NCBI GenBank assembly: GCA_041562555.1
Contig: JBFEXS010000001.1
Span: 6,378 to 70,377 of the forward strand
Direction: 5' to 3'
From: Sulfurimonadaceae bacterium
GTDB taxonomy: Bacteria; Campylobacterota; Campylobacteria; Campylobacterales; Sulfurimonadaceae
Length of the DNA stretch: 64,000 bases
Part shown: positions 1 through 9,755 of the stretch, piece by piece
Position numbering within the stretch: position 1 is the first letter of the stretch
Layout: every line of letters starts with the position of its first letter
Program-made: the position numbers and the translations under genes
The notes under the pieces: generated by a model
What the model was told of the DNA's origin: nothing
Seen by the model: the letters and a program-made list of their open reading frames with translations, nothing else
Database searches by the model: none

Positions 1-595
1 GGTCTTTTTGCATGCGATTGCACATATTGAGTATGCGGCGATCGATCTGGCCCTGGATGCAGCCTATCGCTTTAAAGATCTTCCCAAAGCCTTTTATGAT
101 GACTGGCTCAGTGTAGCCAATGATGAAGTCCGTCATTTTGAACTTTTACAAGAGAGACTTAGAGATGTCGGGTCTTTTTACGGTGATTTACCCGTGCATA
201 ATGCACTGTTTGAAGCGGCATATCGTACGCCGGAGTTTCATGAACGTATGGCAGTAGTACCTCGCTATCTTGAAGCGAATGGCCTGGATGTAACGCCGAT
301 GATGATAGATAAGCTTAGACAATTGGAAGATGATGCAAAGGCAGAGAACATGATAGAAGCTTTGGAACTTATTTTAAAAGAAGAGTGTGATCATGTACAT
401 AAGGGGGATGTCTGGTTTAAGTATGCCTGCGATCAAGAGGGCCTTGATTATGATGTCTATTTTGACATTATCGAAGTCCATTACCCGGGAAGTTTTCCGC
501 GTAAGAAGCATCTTAATGTACAGGCCCGACAGGAAGCAGGTTTCTCGTGCAGTGAGTTAAAGCGGATGAAAAACGATATTGAGTGTTTCGAGTAG
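1..595 (+). CDS. DUF455 / ferritin-like family protein, 5' end cut by the window edge
   Basis: The frame is open from the window start. 'HAIAHIEYAAIDLALDA...VANDEVRHFELL...ECDHVHKG' resembles the helical di-iron-type repeats of DUF455 proteins. Assigned from memory of the family. Confidence 0.55.
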   Translation, partial: VFLHAIAHIEYAAIDLALDAAYRFKDLPKAFYDDWLSVANDEVRHFELLQERLRDVGSFYGDLPVHNALFEAAYRTPEFHERMAVVPRYLEANGLDVTPMMIDKLRQLEDDAKAENMIEALELILKEECDHVHKGDVWFKYACDQEGLDYDVYFDIIEVHYPGSFPRKKHLNVQARQEAGFSCSELKRMKNDIECFE

Positions 596-602
596 CTTGT
601 AT

Positions 603-854
603 CTAGGTGAGGGGAATAGGTGTAATAGAATCATCCTTATGCATCTGGATGAGTGTCTTGTTTTGAAAGTCGACCAATATGAATTCATGTATGATGCGTA
701 AGTTCCCTGAGGGTATTTGAACGGCATAGCCTGAAAATTCCAAGGCACTGATATGTCTGATCCCGAGTTGGTAGGCTAACTTGGAGCCTTCGCTATTATA
801 GAAAAGTGCTTTTTTCTTTTCTTTAGCTACGTGGATAGCATCAATGAAATCCAA
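603..854 (-). CDS. Hypothetical 83-aa ORF, possibly a gene remnant
   Basis: Only a TTG start is available, with an in-frame stop 5 codons upstream and no clear SD. It is convergent with the DUF455 gene. No motif recognised. Confidence 0.25.
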   Translation of the reverse strand: MDFIDAIHVAKEKKKALFYNSEGSKLAYQLGIRHISALEFSGYAVQIPSGNLRIIHEFILVDFQNKTLIQMHKDDSITPIPLT

Positions 855-968
855 GAGTACACCTCTGTTTTATCCGCAGTATAGCATCTATTTAAAAATC
901 TTTTTCTTTTGTGAGTATTAAAAATATAAATTAGATATGCCGATAGTACATTAATAAAAAAAATTAGA

Positions 969-974
969 TATAAT
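969..974 (+). promoter_or_regulatory. Candidate -10 box (TATAAT) for nadE
   Basis: TATAAT lies about 32 nt upstream of the nadE ATG in an AT-rich spacer. AGGA SD at 997-1000. Confidence 0.3.
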
Positions 975-1005
975 GATTTCACTTAAACTTTATTTTAGGA
1001 ACCAA

Positions 1006-1806
1006 ATGAGCAAGTATGCACAAATCTCAGACTATTTGATCGCTTTTTTAAAAGACGAGGTTGAAAAGACCGGCTTGAAGAATGTCGTTGTCGGTTTGAG
1101 TGGTGGCCTGGATTCGGCGGTAGTCGCGGTATTGGCACATCATGCATTTTCTGAACGCTTATTGTGCGTGAAAATGCCATCACAGTTCTCCTCTCAAAGC
1201 TCGTTGGACGATGCCGATGAATTGTGTGAAAAATTTGGTATCAAGAGTGAGACCCGCGATATCTCGGCACTGTTGAACGCTTACGGCATAGACGATCTAA
1301 GCCCTTTACGTGTGGGAAACCTTTCAGCACGTTTTCGCATGGTGAACCTGTATGACATATCCGCGCGGGAGAATGCTTTGGTGCTTGGCACAAGTAATAA
1401 GAGTGAACTGATGCTGGGTTATGGGACACTTTTTGGTGATTTGGCATCGGCTTTGAACCCTATAGGAGATCTGTACAAAACGGAAGTATTTGCTTTGGCC
1501 CGTCATATCGGTGTCCCTGATAGTATCGTCAATAAAGCACCTTCAGCAGATTTATGGGAAGGGCAAAGCGATGAAAATGAGCTTGGATACAGTTATGAAG
1601 AGCTTGATAGTGTGTTAAAACGATACATTGAAGAGCGATGGACATCAAAAGAACTCTTAGAACAAGGCTATGGCGAAGAATTGGTTAATATGGTAATTAA
1701 ACGAATTTATCAAAATCAGTTTAAGCGACGCATGCCTTTGATCGCAAAACTGTCGACGCGTTCGATTAATCACGACTTCAACTATCCAAGGGATGTTGGT
1801 CTGTAA
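1006..1806 (+). CDS. nadE: NH3-dependent NAD+ synthetase
   Basis: PP-loop motif 'VVGLSGGLDSAVV'. Length is about 266 aa from the ATG at 1006, preceded by AGGA. The listed ORF start at 973 is probably an artefactual extension. Confidence 0.9.
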   Translation: MSKYAQISDYLIAFLKDEVEKTGLKNVVVGLSGGLDSAVVAVLAHHAFSERLLCVKMPSQFSSQSSLDDADELCEKFGIKSETRDISALLNAYGIDDLSPLRVGNLSARFRMVNLYDISARENALVLGTSNKSELMLGYGTLFGDLASALNPIGDLYKTEVFALARHIGVPDSIVNKAPSADLWEGQSDENELGYSYEELDSVLKRYIEERWTSKELLEQGYGEELVNMVIKRIYQNQFKRRMPLIAKLSTRSINHDFNYPRDVGL

Positions 1807-1869
1807 GGTTATTGTATAAAATCTACTTGGGTGGATTTTTAGAGTAACTATTAAAAAAAGGGATGATTT

Positions 1870-2991
1870 ATGGCAAAGAGCGTACCGTTTTATAGACCTC
1901 GTATAGATAATAAAGAAAAGGCACATCTTGATGAAGTGCTCTCTCAGGAGACCAATAAGGTCGAAGAGCTGGAAGAAGCCTTTGTTAAGTATATTGGGGC
2001 CGATTACGCAGTAGCGACATCTGAGGGGACTTCAGCATTGCATCTGGCGATGTTGGCTATTAACCTAAAGCGTGGTGACAAGGTGTTATGTTCAGTCAAT
2101 GCTTTCCCTTCCGTACCTGAAGTGGTCCGTCATTTTGATGCCGAACCGATTTTTGTGGATGTTGAAGAGGAGAGTTATAATATCAACTTGGACCGCTTGG
2201 AGACGATACTTTCGGATTATCAGTCTAAAAAACTCAAAGCCGTCATTGTAAGTCATATTGCCGGACATCCGATCGACCTCGAACGTCTGTATAACATTGC
2301 CAAGATCTATAATATCCGTATCATAGAAGATGCTTCCGAGGCTCTTGGTGGTACATACAAAGGTAAACGCATCGGTGCCACGGGAGCTGATATCACGACC
2401 TTCAGTTTTAATCCCCACCTTAAGGGGCATGTCTGTAATGGCGGGATGATGGTGACCAACGATGAAGACCTTCTTGAACGTGCCCAACTGCTTCGAAACC
2501 ACGCTATGGTGACTCCGGATGAAAACCTTTCTTATGTTTATGATGTTGTTGATATCGGAAGCAAATATGATATGAGTGAACTGGATGCTGCCTATATCTT
2601 GGGCCAACTTTCCAAGCAGGACGCAGCAATCGCACGTCAAAAAGAGATCGCATCCCTTTACTCTAAAAAACTTTCCGGAGCAGCGCATATTCAATTGCCG
2701 GAAATGGTGGATGAACATACCTTTTCACTCTACATCATCAAAGTGAAGAAAAACCGGGACTCTTTCGCGCGCGAACTTTTAGAAAAAGGTGTTCAGACAG
2801 GACTGCACTATATCCCTTTACATCTGTTGAGCTACTATAAGAGTAAATACTCACTGCGTGTTAATGACTTCCCGGTCGCGCTGCGTAATTTTCAGCAGGT
2901 TCTATCGATTCCTATCTATGCAGATATGAGTGATGCTGATGTAGAGTATGTATGTGATACGATCATCAATATCACAAAGCACTGGGTGTAA
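1870..2991 (+). CDS. DegT/DnrJ/EryC1/StrS-family PLP-dependent sugar aminotransferase
   Basis: 373 aa. 'SEGTSALHLA' and the PLP-lysine region 'SFNPHLKGHVCNGGMMVTND' are typical of this family. Confidence 0.8.
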   Translation: MAKSVPFYRPRIDNKEKAHLDEVLSQETNKVEELEEAFVKYIGADYAVATSEGTSALHLAMLAINLKRGDKVLCSVNAFPSVPEVVRHFDAEPIFVDVEEESYNINLDRLETILSDYQSKKLKAVIVSHIAGHPIDLERLYNIAKIYNIRIIEDASEALGGTYKGKRIGATGADITTFSFNPHLKGHVCNGGMMVTNDEDLLERAQLLRNHAMVTPDENLSYVYDVVDIGSKYDMSELDAAYILGQLSKQDAAIARQKEIASLYSKKLSGAAHIQLPEMVDEHTFSLYIIKVKKNRDSFARELLEKGVQTGLHYIPLHLLSYYKSKYSLRVNDFPVALRNFQQVLSIPIYADMSDADVEYVCDTIINITKHWV

Positions 2992-2999
2992 GACTATCC

Positions 3000-3920
3000 T
3001 TGAAGCAAACACTCCTTTTTTGGGGTGAGAAGTATCTCTTTTCACCCGGTCCCTTTGAAAGACTCCTCTCCTACCTGCTTTTGCCTCTGTCTTGGTTATA
3101 TTGCTTTATTGTCTGGCGTAAATATAAAAATGCTGTCGAACAGGAGTTTGATATCCCTGTTGTGGGCATTGGAAACCTGATCGTCGGAGGCAGCGGAAAG
3201 ACACCTTTGACGGTAGCCCTGGCTTCGCGTTATGAGAAGGCTGCTATCGTCCTGCGGGGATATGGACGTGATTCACACGGTCTGCATATTGTCTCCAACG
3301 GGGAAAAGCTTCTATGTGACGTTCGTACCAGCGGTGATGAAGCGATGCTTTATGCGACGCTGCTGCCTAAAGCCCTTGTCATTGTCAGTGAAGACAGGAT
3401 AGAGGGGATTCAAAAAGCACAATCGCTGGGTGCGAGGATAGTGTTTTTAGATGATGCTTACAGTAAACATTTCATCAAGAAACTCGATCTCTTGATCTTA
3501 TCGGAGCAGAAAAACCGTTTCTGTCTGCCTTCGGGACCCTACAGAGAACGTTTATGGAAAGGTAAACAGGCGATTACCATCGAAGAGAACAGGGATTTTC
3601 ATCGAAAGGTCAGCATTCATAATGCACAGAGCAAAATGTGTCTGGTGACGGCAATCTCAAAACCCCAACGGCTGGATGCATATCTGGATGAGAGAGTGAT
3701 CAAGAAAGTCTATTTCCCAGACCATTATTCCTTCAGTAAGGAAGAACTTGAGAAAATTTTGAAAGAGTCGGGCGCCGATTCACTTCTGCTTACCCGTAAA
3801 GATGCCGTGAAAACACATGGTTTTGATATTGAACTCTCTTTTTTAGAGCTGGAACTCGATCTGAACCAAATGATACATCAGAGTGTGCAAGAATATGCTA
3901 AAATTTCGCCACTTAAATAG
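3000..3920 (+). CDS. lpxK: Tetraacyldisaccharide 4'-kinase
   Basis: P-loop 'GNLIVGGSGKTPLTVAL' follows a hydrophobic N-terminal anchor. TTG start. 306 aa. Confidence 0.85.
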   Translation: MKQTLLFWGEKYLFSPGPFERLLSYLLLPLSWLYCFIVWRKYKNAVEQEFDIPVVGIGNLIVGGSGKTPLTVALASRYEKAAIVLRGYGRDSHGLHIVSNGEKLLCDVRTSGDEAMLYATLLPKALVIVSEDRIEGIQKAQSLGARIVFLDDAYSKHFIKKLDLLILSEQKNRFCLPSGPYRERLWKGKQAITIEENRDFHRKVSIHNAQSKMCLVTAISKPQRLDAYLDERVIKKVYFPDHYSFSKEELEKILKESGADSLLLTRKDAVKTHGFDIELSFLELELDLNQMIHQSVQEYAKISPLK

Positions 3921-3932
3921 AGAGAATAGATA

Positions 3933-4784
3933 ATGCAAGCAAAGATTGATAAGGTCAAGACACTATTAGATGCGCTGCCTTTTATAAAAGAGTTTAATAA
4001 AGAGATCGTTGTGATCAAATACGGTGGTTCAGCCCAGACCGACCCCAAGCTTATAGAGAGTTTTGCACAGGATGTCCTTCTTCTGTATCTAGTAGGGATA
4101 AAGCCGGTTATCGTGCACGGAGGCGGAAAGAAAATTACAGATATGCTTGATAAGCTTAATATCCAGACGGAGTTTATTGATGGCCAGCGTGTAACGACAC
4201 CTGAGGTGATGCGTATCGTCGAGATGGTTTTAAGCGGTGAGATTAACAGCGGTATAGTCTCTTTACTCAACGCTCACAGTGCCAAAGCGATCGGTGTGAG
4301 TGGCAAAGATGCACATTTTATCTCAGCAGAACCGAAAGAGCATGCAAAATGGGGACTTACCGGGACGATAACAGAAGTAAAGGCAGATGTTATCCATAAC
4401 CTGATAAATGAAAAGTTTGTACCGGTTATCGCTCCTATTGCTGCGGGTGAAGAGATGGGCCATCCCGGATATAACATCAACGCAGATTTCGCAGCCTCAC
4501 AGGTTGCCAAAGCGATTGGTGCGAACAAGGTGATATTCCTAACAGACACTCCGGGTGTTCTGGATGCAAATAAGAAATTGTTGTCCACACTTAGCGAAGC
4601 AGAAGTAGAAGCGCTGAAAGCGGACGGCACGATTAATGGGGGCATGGTTCCAAAGGTGGATGCCTGTCTTGAAGCGATCGATGGAGGGGTCTCCAAAGCA
4701 CATATCATAGACGGCCGTGTCGAGCACTCGATGCTGCTCGAACTCTTTACCTCTGAGGGTATCGGAACGCAGATTACCCTTTAG
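3933..4784 (+). CDS. argB: Acetylglutamate kinase
   Basis: 'VVIKYGGSA', 'PVIVHGGG' and 'GYNINAD' amino-acid kinase motifs. 283 aa. Confidence 0.92.
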   Translation: MQAKIDKVKTLLDALPFIKEFNKEIVVIKYGGSAQTDPKLIESFAQDVLLLYLVGIKPVIVHGGGKKITDMLDKLNIQTEFIDGQRVTTPEVMRIVEMVLSGEINSGIVSLLNAHSAKAIGVSGKDAHFISAEPKEHAKWGLTGTITEVKADVIHNLINEKFVPVIAPIAAGEEMGHPGYNINADFAASQVAKAIGANKVIFLTDTPGVLDANKKLLSTLSEAEVEALKADGTINGGMVPKVDACLEAIDGGVSKAHIIDGRVEHSMLLELFTSEGIGTQITL

Positions 4785-4786
4785 TG

Positions 4787-5095
4787 ATGATCATTGTCTA
4801 TTGCAGTGTGCCGGATGAAGTTGTTGCACGGAGGATCTCCAGGGCTCTTGTCTCAGAAGGGTTGTGTGCCTGTGTAAGCCAGATTCCTAGACTTACATCC
4901 TATTATATCTATGCAGGTGAGTTCTGCGAAGATGAAGAACTCATGTTGCTGATCAAAACAGATGAACCTATGTTCGAGAGACTGGAAGTACGTATCAAAG
5001 AACTGCATCCGTATGAACTTCCTGAGATTATCGCAGTTCCGATTTCCCACGCTTCTGATGAATATGCCACCTGGCTGAAAGATGCACTGAAGTAG
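4787..5095 (+). CDS. cutA: Divalent-cation tolerance protein CutA
   Basis: About 102 aa, CutA-like ('...SYYIYAGEFCEDEELMLLIKT...ELHPYELPEI'). The start abuts the argB stop (GTG at 4784 or ATG at 4787). Confidence 0.75.
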   Translation: MIIVYCSVPDEVVARRISRALVSEGLCACVSQIPRLTSYYIYAGEFCEDEELMLLIKTDEPMFERLEVRIKELHPYELPEIIAVPISHASDEYATWLKDALK

Positions 5096-5243
5096 AGGAT
5101 GCCCATAAATTGATATTCGCAGATCCAAAAAAGTGTGAAAAAGTGAAATATATTTAAAACTTTGGCATAATATAATTCAAAATTACCCAAGCATTAGCCG
5201 TTTTTAACTATCCTAAATACGAATATATGATGAAAGAAGATAG

Positions 5244-6224
5244 ATGAAGAAAATATACTCCCTTATAACCTTATTGATCTTAGTTGCAGGATGTGGTGAC
5301 AAAGAACCTGAAGTTGTCGATCCTGTAAGCATAGCCCCCGAGATCACTTTGTTTAAGCAGTCTTTACCCGTTGAACAAAAAGTATTACAAAAGGCGTATA
5401 AAAAGATCACTCCAAAGATCGGACTCTCCCATATGGGTGATCTGAAGGGAAAAAGTTATGGTGATGAGTTTGTTTTTGAGGAGAGTGAACTCCCATTTAT
5501 TGAATATAAGTTTGAGAAACCCTACATCATCAAAAAGGTGCACTTGAAACGAAGCGGCTTTGTGATTGACGGAGATGCCAGCAGTTCAAGTATAAAGAAG
5601 TTTGATATGTTGTTTTTGGATGCACATAAGACCCCTCTGTATACCGGGGAACTTACAGCAGGAGAAACAGCTATTGATGATTTGAATAATGTCCAGGCAG
5701 ACGGTTTTATTCTTAAGACACGCAGCGTTTATATTCCTGAATCAAAAGAGATCAGCGAAAATGATGTCATCGCGGCTTTTGACGGGCGTATTGAGGTCGA
5801 GGTGATCGATGCGGACTATATTTATGATATTGTCGCTCCGGTATTGACAGACCGTGACTCTTCAACGAGTAACGAGGAGCTTTTAAAGACAATCGCATTG
5901 CTAAATACAGAGCTGTTCAAACGACTGCGTATGCAGCGTAATGACTTCAACCTTCCGAGTACCTCTGTACTTTACCTGCCGGATGATGCCGATATGCACT
6001 ACGCTATAGCACATACGGAAGAGGTGTACAAAACAGGTAAATACAAGACGATCAACGGTGAATATAAGATCCACATTTTTAATGAGCAGGCGGAGTTTAA
6101 TTCCAAAGCGAAGATACAGGTCAAGGAACATAAGATAGAGATCAAAGGATCGGACCGAAACCTCAAGACGACAACACAGTTGCCTGAACATGAAGAGTTC
6201 ATTGATTTTAGTGAAGGTCTGTGA
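5244..6224 (+). CDS. Lipoprotein of unknown function
   Basis: Signal peptide plus lipobox 'LILVAGCG'. 326 aa with no recognisable catalytic motif. Confidence 0.7.
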   Translation: MKKIYSLITLLILVAGCGDKEPEVVDPVSIAPEITLFKQSLPVEQKVLQKAYKKITPKIGLSHMGDLKGKSYGDEFVFEESELPFIEYKFEKPYIIKKVHLKRSGFVIDGDASSSSIKKFDMLFLDAHKTPLYTGELTAGETAIDDLNNVQADGFILKTRSVYIPESKEISENDVIAAFDGRIEVEVIDADYIYDIVAPVLTDRDSSTSNEELLKTIALLNTELFKRLRMQRNDFNLPSTSVLYLPDDADMHYAIAHTEEVYKTGKYKTINGEYKIHIFNEQAEFNSKAKIQVKEHKIEIKGSDRNLKTTTQLPEHEEFIDFSEGL

Positions 6225-8167
6225 TGCAATCTATTCAGCTTCCCAAAATGGGATTTTATTTTATGCTGGCATTGATCATTGCCAAATTGATCTACCTTGG
6301 GTTTGAATCCTATTATAATGGTTTCGTCATCGATGTCGTGACCTCTACCCACGTTGATAAGGACCTTCTGGAAAAGCTTGAACGCTTCGGAAACCGGGTT
6401 AGTTCTGTGGGGATCACACTCTTGCTTATCCCCTTGTATTATCTTGTGGTCAAGAAGTTCTTCGAATTCCATCAGGGTGTTATGGTGATTGTCATAGTCA
6501 TTTTGACGATATCTACCTACTATGGGATCCATAAAGGGCTTAATCGGGCAGTCTTTGAGATTGTAAAACAGAATAAAGACAAGCGATATGAGTCCTATTA
6601 TATTGAGCTGTTTAAATATGGGATGCTTACGGGTAAGTTGGGGTACTCTTCATTTATTCCCAAGGAGAACCTTGAGAACCTCTCTATTTATGACAAGGTG
6701 ATGATCTCAAACCTTTTCTTGCTGACTCAGATCGATAAAGACCTGATAAAAAAGTTCGTTTCCCGGGGTAAAGAGAGCTTTTTTGACATCTATATTCATA
6801 AATATTTTCAAGAAGACTATAATCAGGCCCGATACCGTTTTGAGGATATGGCACTGCGTATTCAGGAAGATTGGGATATTTATAGTGATGGCATTACAGA
6901 AATCAATAGAGAGTTCTCTAAGATCGAGTCTCCTCAGCAGTTGGATGAGAAATACAAGAAGTTTACAAAGGAGCTTAAGCGGGAATATACGAAGTATCGT
7001 ATCAATATCCGTCAATATACGAATATCCTTAATGCAAACCTTGCACAATCACCGGAGTTGAACCGTGAACTGATCAGCTATTTCATCAAAGATGGTTCGA
7101 TCATGGGTAAAAGCGAGTATGAGAATATCATGCAAAGATATTTCGGTCATGATATCAATCCAAGACGTTGGTGTGAGGGCGGGGTATGTCCATCTACACG
7201 TATGGTTGCGAAGGTCATTGAGGAGGAAACACTTTCCAAATGGAATAAAGAGCATGGCGAACTGCCTTTAAACCTGTCTCAAAAACAGTTCTTCAAACAT
7301 CCGATCATCCGCAAGCGTATTGTCAATAGACTGCGTAGTGAAGGAATCGATGTCAAACGCACGTTTAATTACTCAAAACAGGAATATATCGCAGGGTATA
7401 TGAAGACTGTAGACGGTGAGTTTCAAAAACAGAAGAGTCTGCTGCAGAAGGATTTTGCGAAAAAAACGGGTATTCGTAACGTCAAGCTGGGACTCTCTTT
7501 CGAACAGTTTGCTTCACAGTATAAAAAAGAGATCATGGCACAGTACAAAGAGAAAAAGTATGGGAATATCATGTTTCAGATGATTCTTGAAGGGGACCTT
7601 ACAGGTTTTTATGAACGTCTATACAAACCGATGCTTCGCTCAAAATACTACGATCAGGCCTTTCCTGAAGTCGAGGACTTTGATGTCAAGCTTGCCGAGT
7701 ACGGGGATTCGGCGATCAAGATGCTCTATATCCCTCCTTTTGCTATATTCATGTCTTTGGTAGCAGGTCTGTTGAATATCGTTTCGGTGATTGTTTTGAT
7801 GATTTTCCTTGCATTCCACCGTGATGCTTCTGTCAAGATGTTTATTGCCAAGTTGGCGACAAAACTGATCATCTTCTCGGCGTTGGTCTACCTTCCGTAT
7901 ATGGTAGGAAAGAACAAGGATATCCTCGCACCATATACAGTGCTTGAAACCTTCAAGGGATCTGCATATGACCCATATATGCGTACGCTTAATTGGTTGT
8001 TGATTGTTGAATCGATCAATTACAATACCTTCTATTCATTATTGATGAACACAGGGTTGTTTACAAGTGTAGAGGACGATTATGAGGCAAAACAGGTGAT
8101 GCATAGTGTTGCCCGAGAGTTAACGGGCCTTAATAAAAGTGCTAAAGAGAAATATCTGGGGCATTGA
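6224..8167 (+). CDS. Large polytopic membrane protein of unknown function
   Basis: Start overlaps the upstream stop (TGATG). Hydrophobic helices at both ends flank a K/E/Y-rich soluble region of about 350 aa. No known motif. Confidence 0.7.
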   Translation: MQSIQLPKMGFYFMLALIIAKLIYLGFESYYNGFVIDVVTSTHVDKDLLEKLERFGNRVSSVGITLLLIPLYYLVVKKFFEFHQGVMVIVIVILTISTYYGIHKGLNRAVFEIVKQNKDKRYESYYIELFKYGMLTGKLGYSSFIPKENLENLSIYDKVMISNLFLLTQIDKDLIKKFVSRGKESFFDIYIHKYFQEDYNQARYRFEDMALRIQEDWDIYSDGITEINREFSKIESPQQLDEKYKKFTKELKREYTKYRINIRQYTNILNANLAQSPELNRELISYFIKDGSIMGKSEYENIMQRYFGHDINPRRWCEGGVCPSTRMVAKVIEEETLSKWNKEHGELPLNLSQKQFFKHPIIRKRIVNRLRSEGIDVKRTFNYSKQEYIAGYMKTVDGEFQKQKSLLQKDFAKKTGIRNVKLGLSFEQFASQYKKEIMAQYKEKKYGNIMFQMILEGDLTGFYERLYKPMLRSKYYDQAFPEVEDFDVKLAEYGDSAIKMLYIPPFAIFMSLVAGLLNIVSVIVLMIFLAFHRDASVKMFIAKLATKLIIFSALVYLPYMVGKNKDILAPYTVLETFKGSAYDPYMRTLNWLLIVESINYNTFYSLLMNTGLFTSVEDDYEAKQVMHSVARELTGLNKSAKEKYLGH

Positions 8168-8179
8168 GAACAGTTTTAA

Positions 8180-8196
8180 AGGTGCTTTTGGCACCT
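8180..8196 (+). terminator. Weak hairpin after the membrane-protein gene
   Basis: AGGTGC-TTTTG-GCACCT (6-bp stem). The T-run is not immediately adjacent. Confidence 0.3.
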
Positions 8197-8263
8197 GGGA
8201 TACTCAATATTTGCTCCTTTTTTAACTTACGCTATAATTTCAAAAAAAATTTGATGGATATAT

Positions 8264-9733
8264 ATGAACTTTATTGAAACACGTGGTAATGATAGTAAAC
8301 GTCCCTATAATGTCAGCTTTTCACAGGCAATTTTAAGCCCTATCGCTTCTTTTGGAGGACTCTATGTGCCTCTAAAGCTTCCTGACCTCGGGCAAGTCTT
8401 CTTGGAAAAGCATCTTCAATCAAGTTATAAAGTGATGGCAATGGATATGCTTCGTGCCTTTGGTATCGATATTGAGCCAGATGTTTTGTATGAAGCATTG
8501 GATTTATATGATGCATTTGATGATGCTTCCAATCCTGTACCTGTTGTGAAAGTTCAAGAAAACCTCTATGTAAGCGAGTTGTATCACGGTCCCACACGTG
8601 CATTCAAAGATATGGCACTTCAACCTTTCGGTGTTGTCCTCTCATCGATTGCCCAGCAAAGGAATGAAAAGTATCTGATTCTTGCTGCGACAAGCGGAGA
8701 TACCGGTCCTGCCGCTTTAGAAACATTTAAAGACCGTGCCAATGTACAGGTCGCCTGCCTTTATCCTGACGGCGGGACATCCGACGTACAACGCCTGCAA
8801 ATGGTGACAGAAGATGCCGGTAATTTAAAAGTGATCGGTATCAAAGGTGATTTTGATGATGCGCAGAATGCTTTGAAGCGCCTTTTGGATTCTGAAAGTT
8901 TTAAAGCCAAGCTAAAAGAAGACCATATATCTCTTTCTGCAGCTAACTCTGTAAACTTTGGTCGTATCATCTTCCAAATCATCTATCATATTCATTCTTA
9001 TCTTGAACTGGTGCGTCAGGGTGAAGCAAAAATGGGTGAGAAGGTTTATCTGAATGTTCCAAGTGGTAACTTCGGCAATGCCCTGGGCGGATATTATGCG
9101 ATGAAAATGGGATTGCCTGTTGAGAAGATTATTATCGCATCTAATGAGAACAATGTTCTTACACGTCTGATCAATGATGGTAAGTATGATCTTAGAAACT
9201 CGTCTGTCGTATCGACAACATCACCGGCAATGGATATTTTGAAATCTTCAAATGTAGAACGTATCTTGTTTGATATGTTTGGTGCCAAGCGTACTAAGGA
9301 GTTGATGACATCACTGCAAGAGCAGAACTTCTATGAGTTGACTGAAGAAGAGTTGTATACACTTCAGACGGTATTTTCTGCTGATTTCTGTAACGGTGAT
9401 GAAGGTAAAGCATATATCAAGAGAGCGTTTGAAAACGGATACTTGATGGATCCGCATACGGCAACGTGTTTTAAAGCCTATGAGACATGTGCCAAGCCGG
9501 GTATTAAGACGATCGCTTACTCTACGGCAGAATGGACGAAGTTCTCTCCAACAATTGCTAACGCACTGACGGGTGAAGTAGATGCTCACGATATTGATGC
9601 ACTTAAATCAATATCGGCGAAAGCCAAGGTTCAGATCCCTGATATGATCCATGCACTTTTTGATAAAGATGTCGTGCAAACGACCATTATCAACAAAGAA
9701 GAGATTGAAGAAGAGATCCTCTCTTTTGTATAG
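8264..9733 (+). CDS. thrC: Threonine synthase
   Basis: PLP-lysine motif 'GPTRAFKDMALQ'. 489 aa, long-form ThrC. Confidence 0.9.
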   Translation: MNFIETRGNDSKRPYNVSFSQAILSPIASFGGLYVPLKLPDLGQVFLEKHLQSSYKVMAMDMLRAFGIDIEPDVLYEALDLYDAFDDASNPVPVVKVQENLYVSELYHGPTRAFKDMALQPFGVVLSSIAQQRNEKYLILAATSGDTGPAALETFKDRANVQVACLYPDGGTSDVQRLQMVTEDAGNLKVIGIKGDFDDAQNALKRLLDSESFKAKLKEDHISLSAANSVNFGRIIFQIIYHIHSYLELVRQGEAKMGEKVYLNVPSGNFGNALGGYYAMKMGLPVEKIIIASNENNVLTRLINDGKYDLRNSSVVSTTSPAMDILKSSNVERILFDMFGAKRTKELMTSLQEQNFYELTEEELYTLQTVFSADFCNGDEGKAYIKRAFENGYLMDPHTATCFKAYETCAKPGIKTIAYSTAEWTKFSPTIANALTGEVDAHDIDALKSISAKAKVQIPDMIHALFDKDVVQTTIINKEEIEEEILSFV

Positions 9734-9736
9734 GTA

Positions 9737-9755
9737 GTAGAGCCTTAGGCTCTAC
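9737..9755. terminator. Bidirectional hairpin between thrC and the ppk2 / small-ORF unit
   Basis: GTAGAGCC-TTA-GGCTCTAC, a perfect 8-bp stem between convergent genes. Confidence 0.55.

Noticed and set aside
5227-5247. Six-codon uORF (MMKEDR*) whose TGA overlaps the lipoprotein gene's ATG
   Set aside because: It is too short, has no SD of its own and no obvious regulatory logic. The purine-rich stretch is more simply the SD region of the lipoprotein gene.
9737-9755. The thrC/ppk2 terminator and the rpsU terminator (60956-60973) share the core AGAGCC...GGCTCT, a possible repeated palindromic element
   Set aside because: There are only two copies with a 6-bp shared core and different flanks. 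This is insufficient to call a REP-like family.
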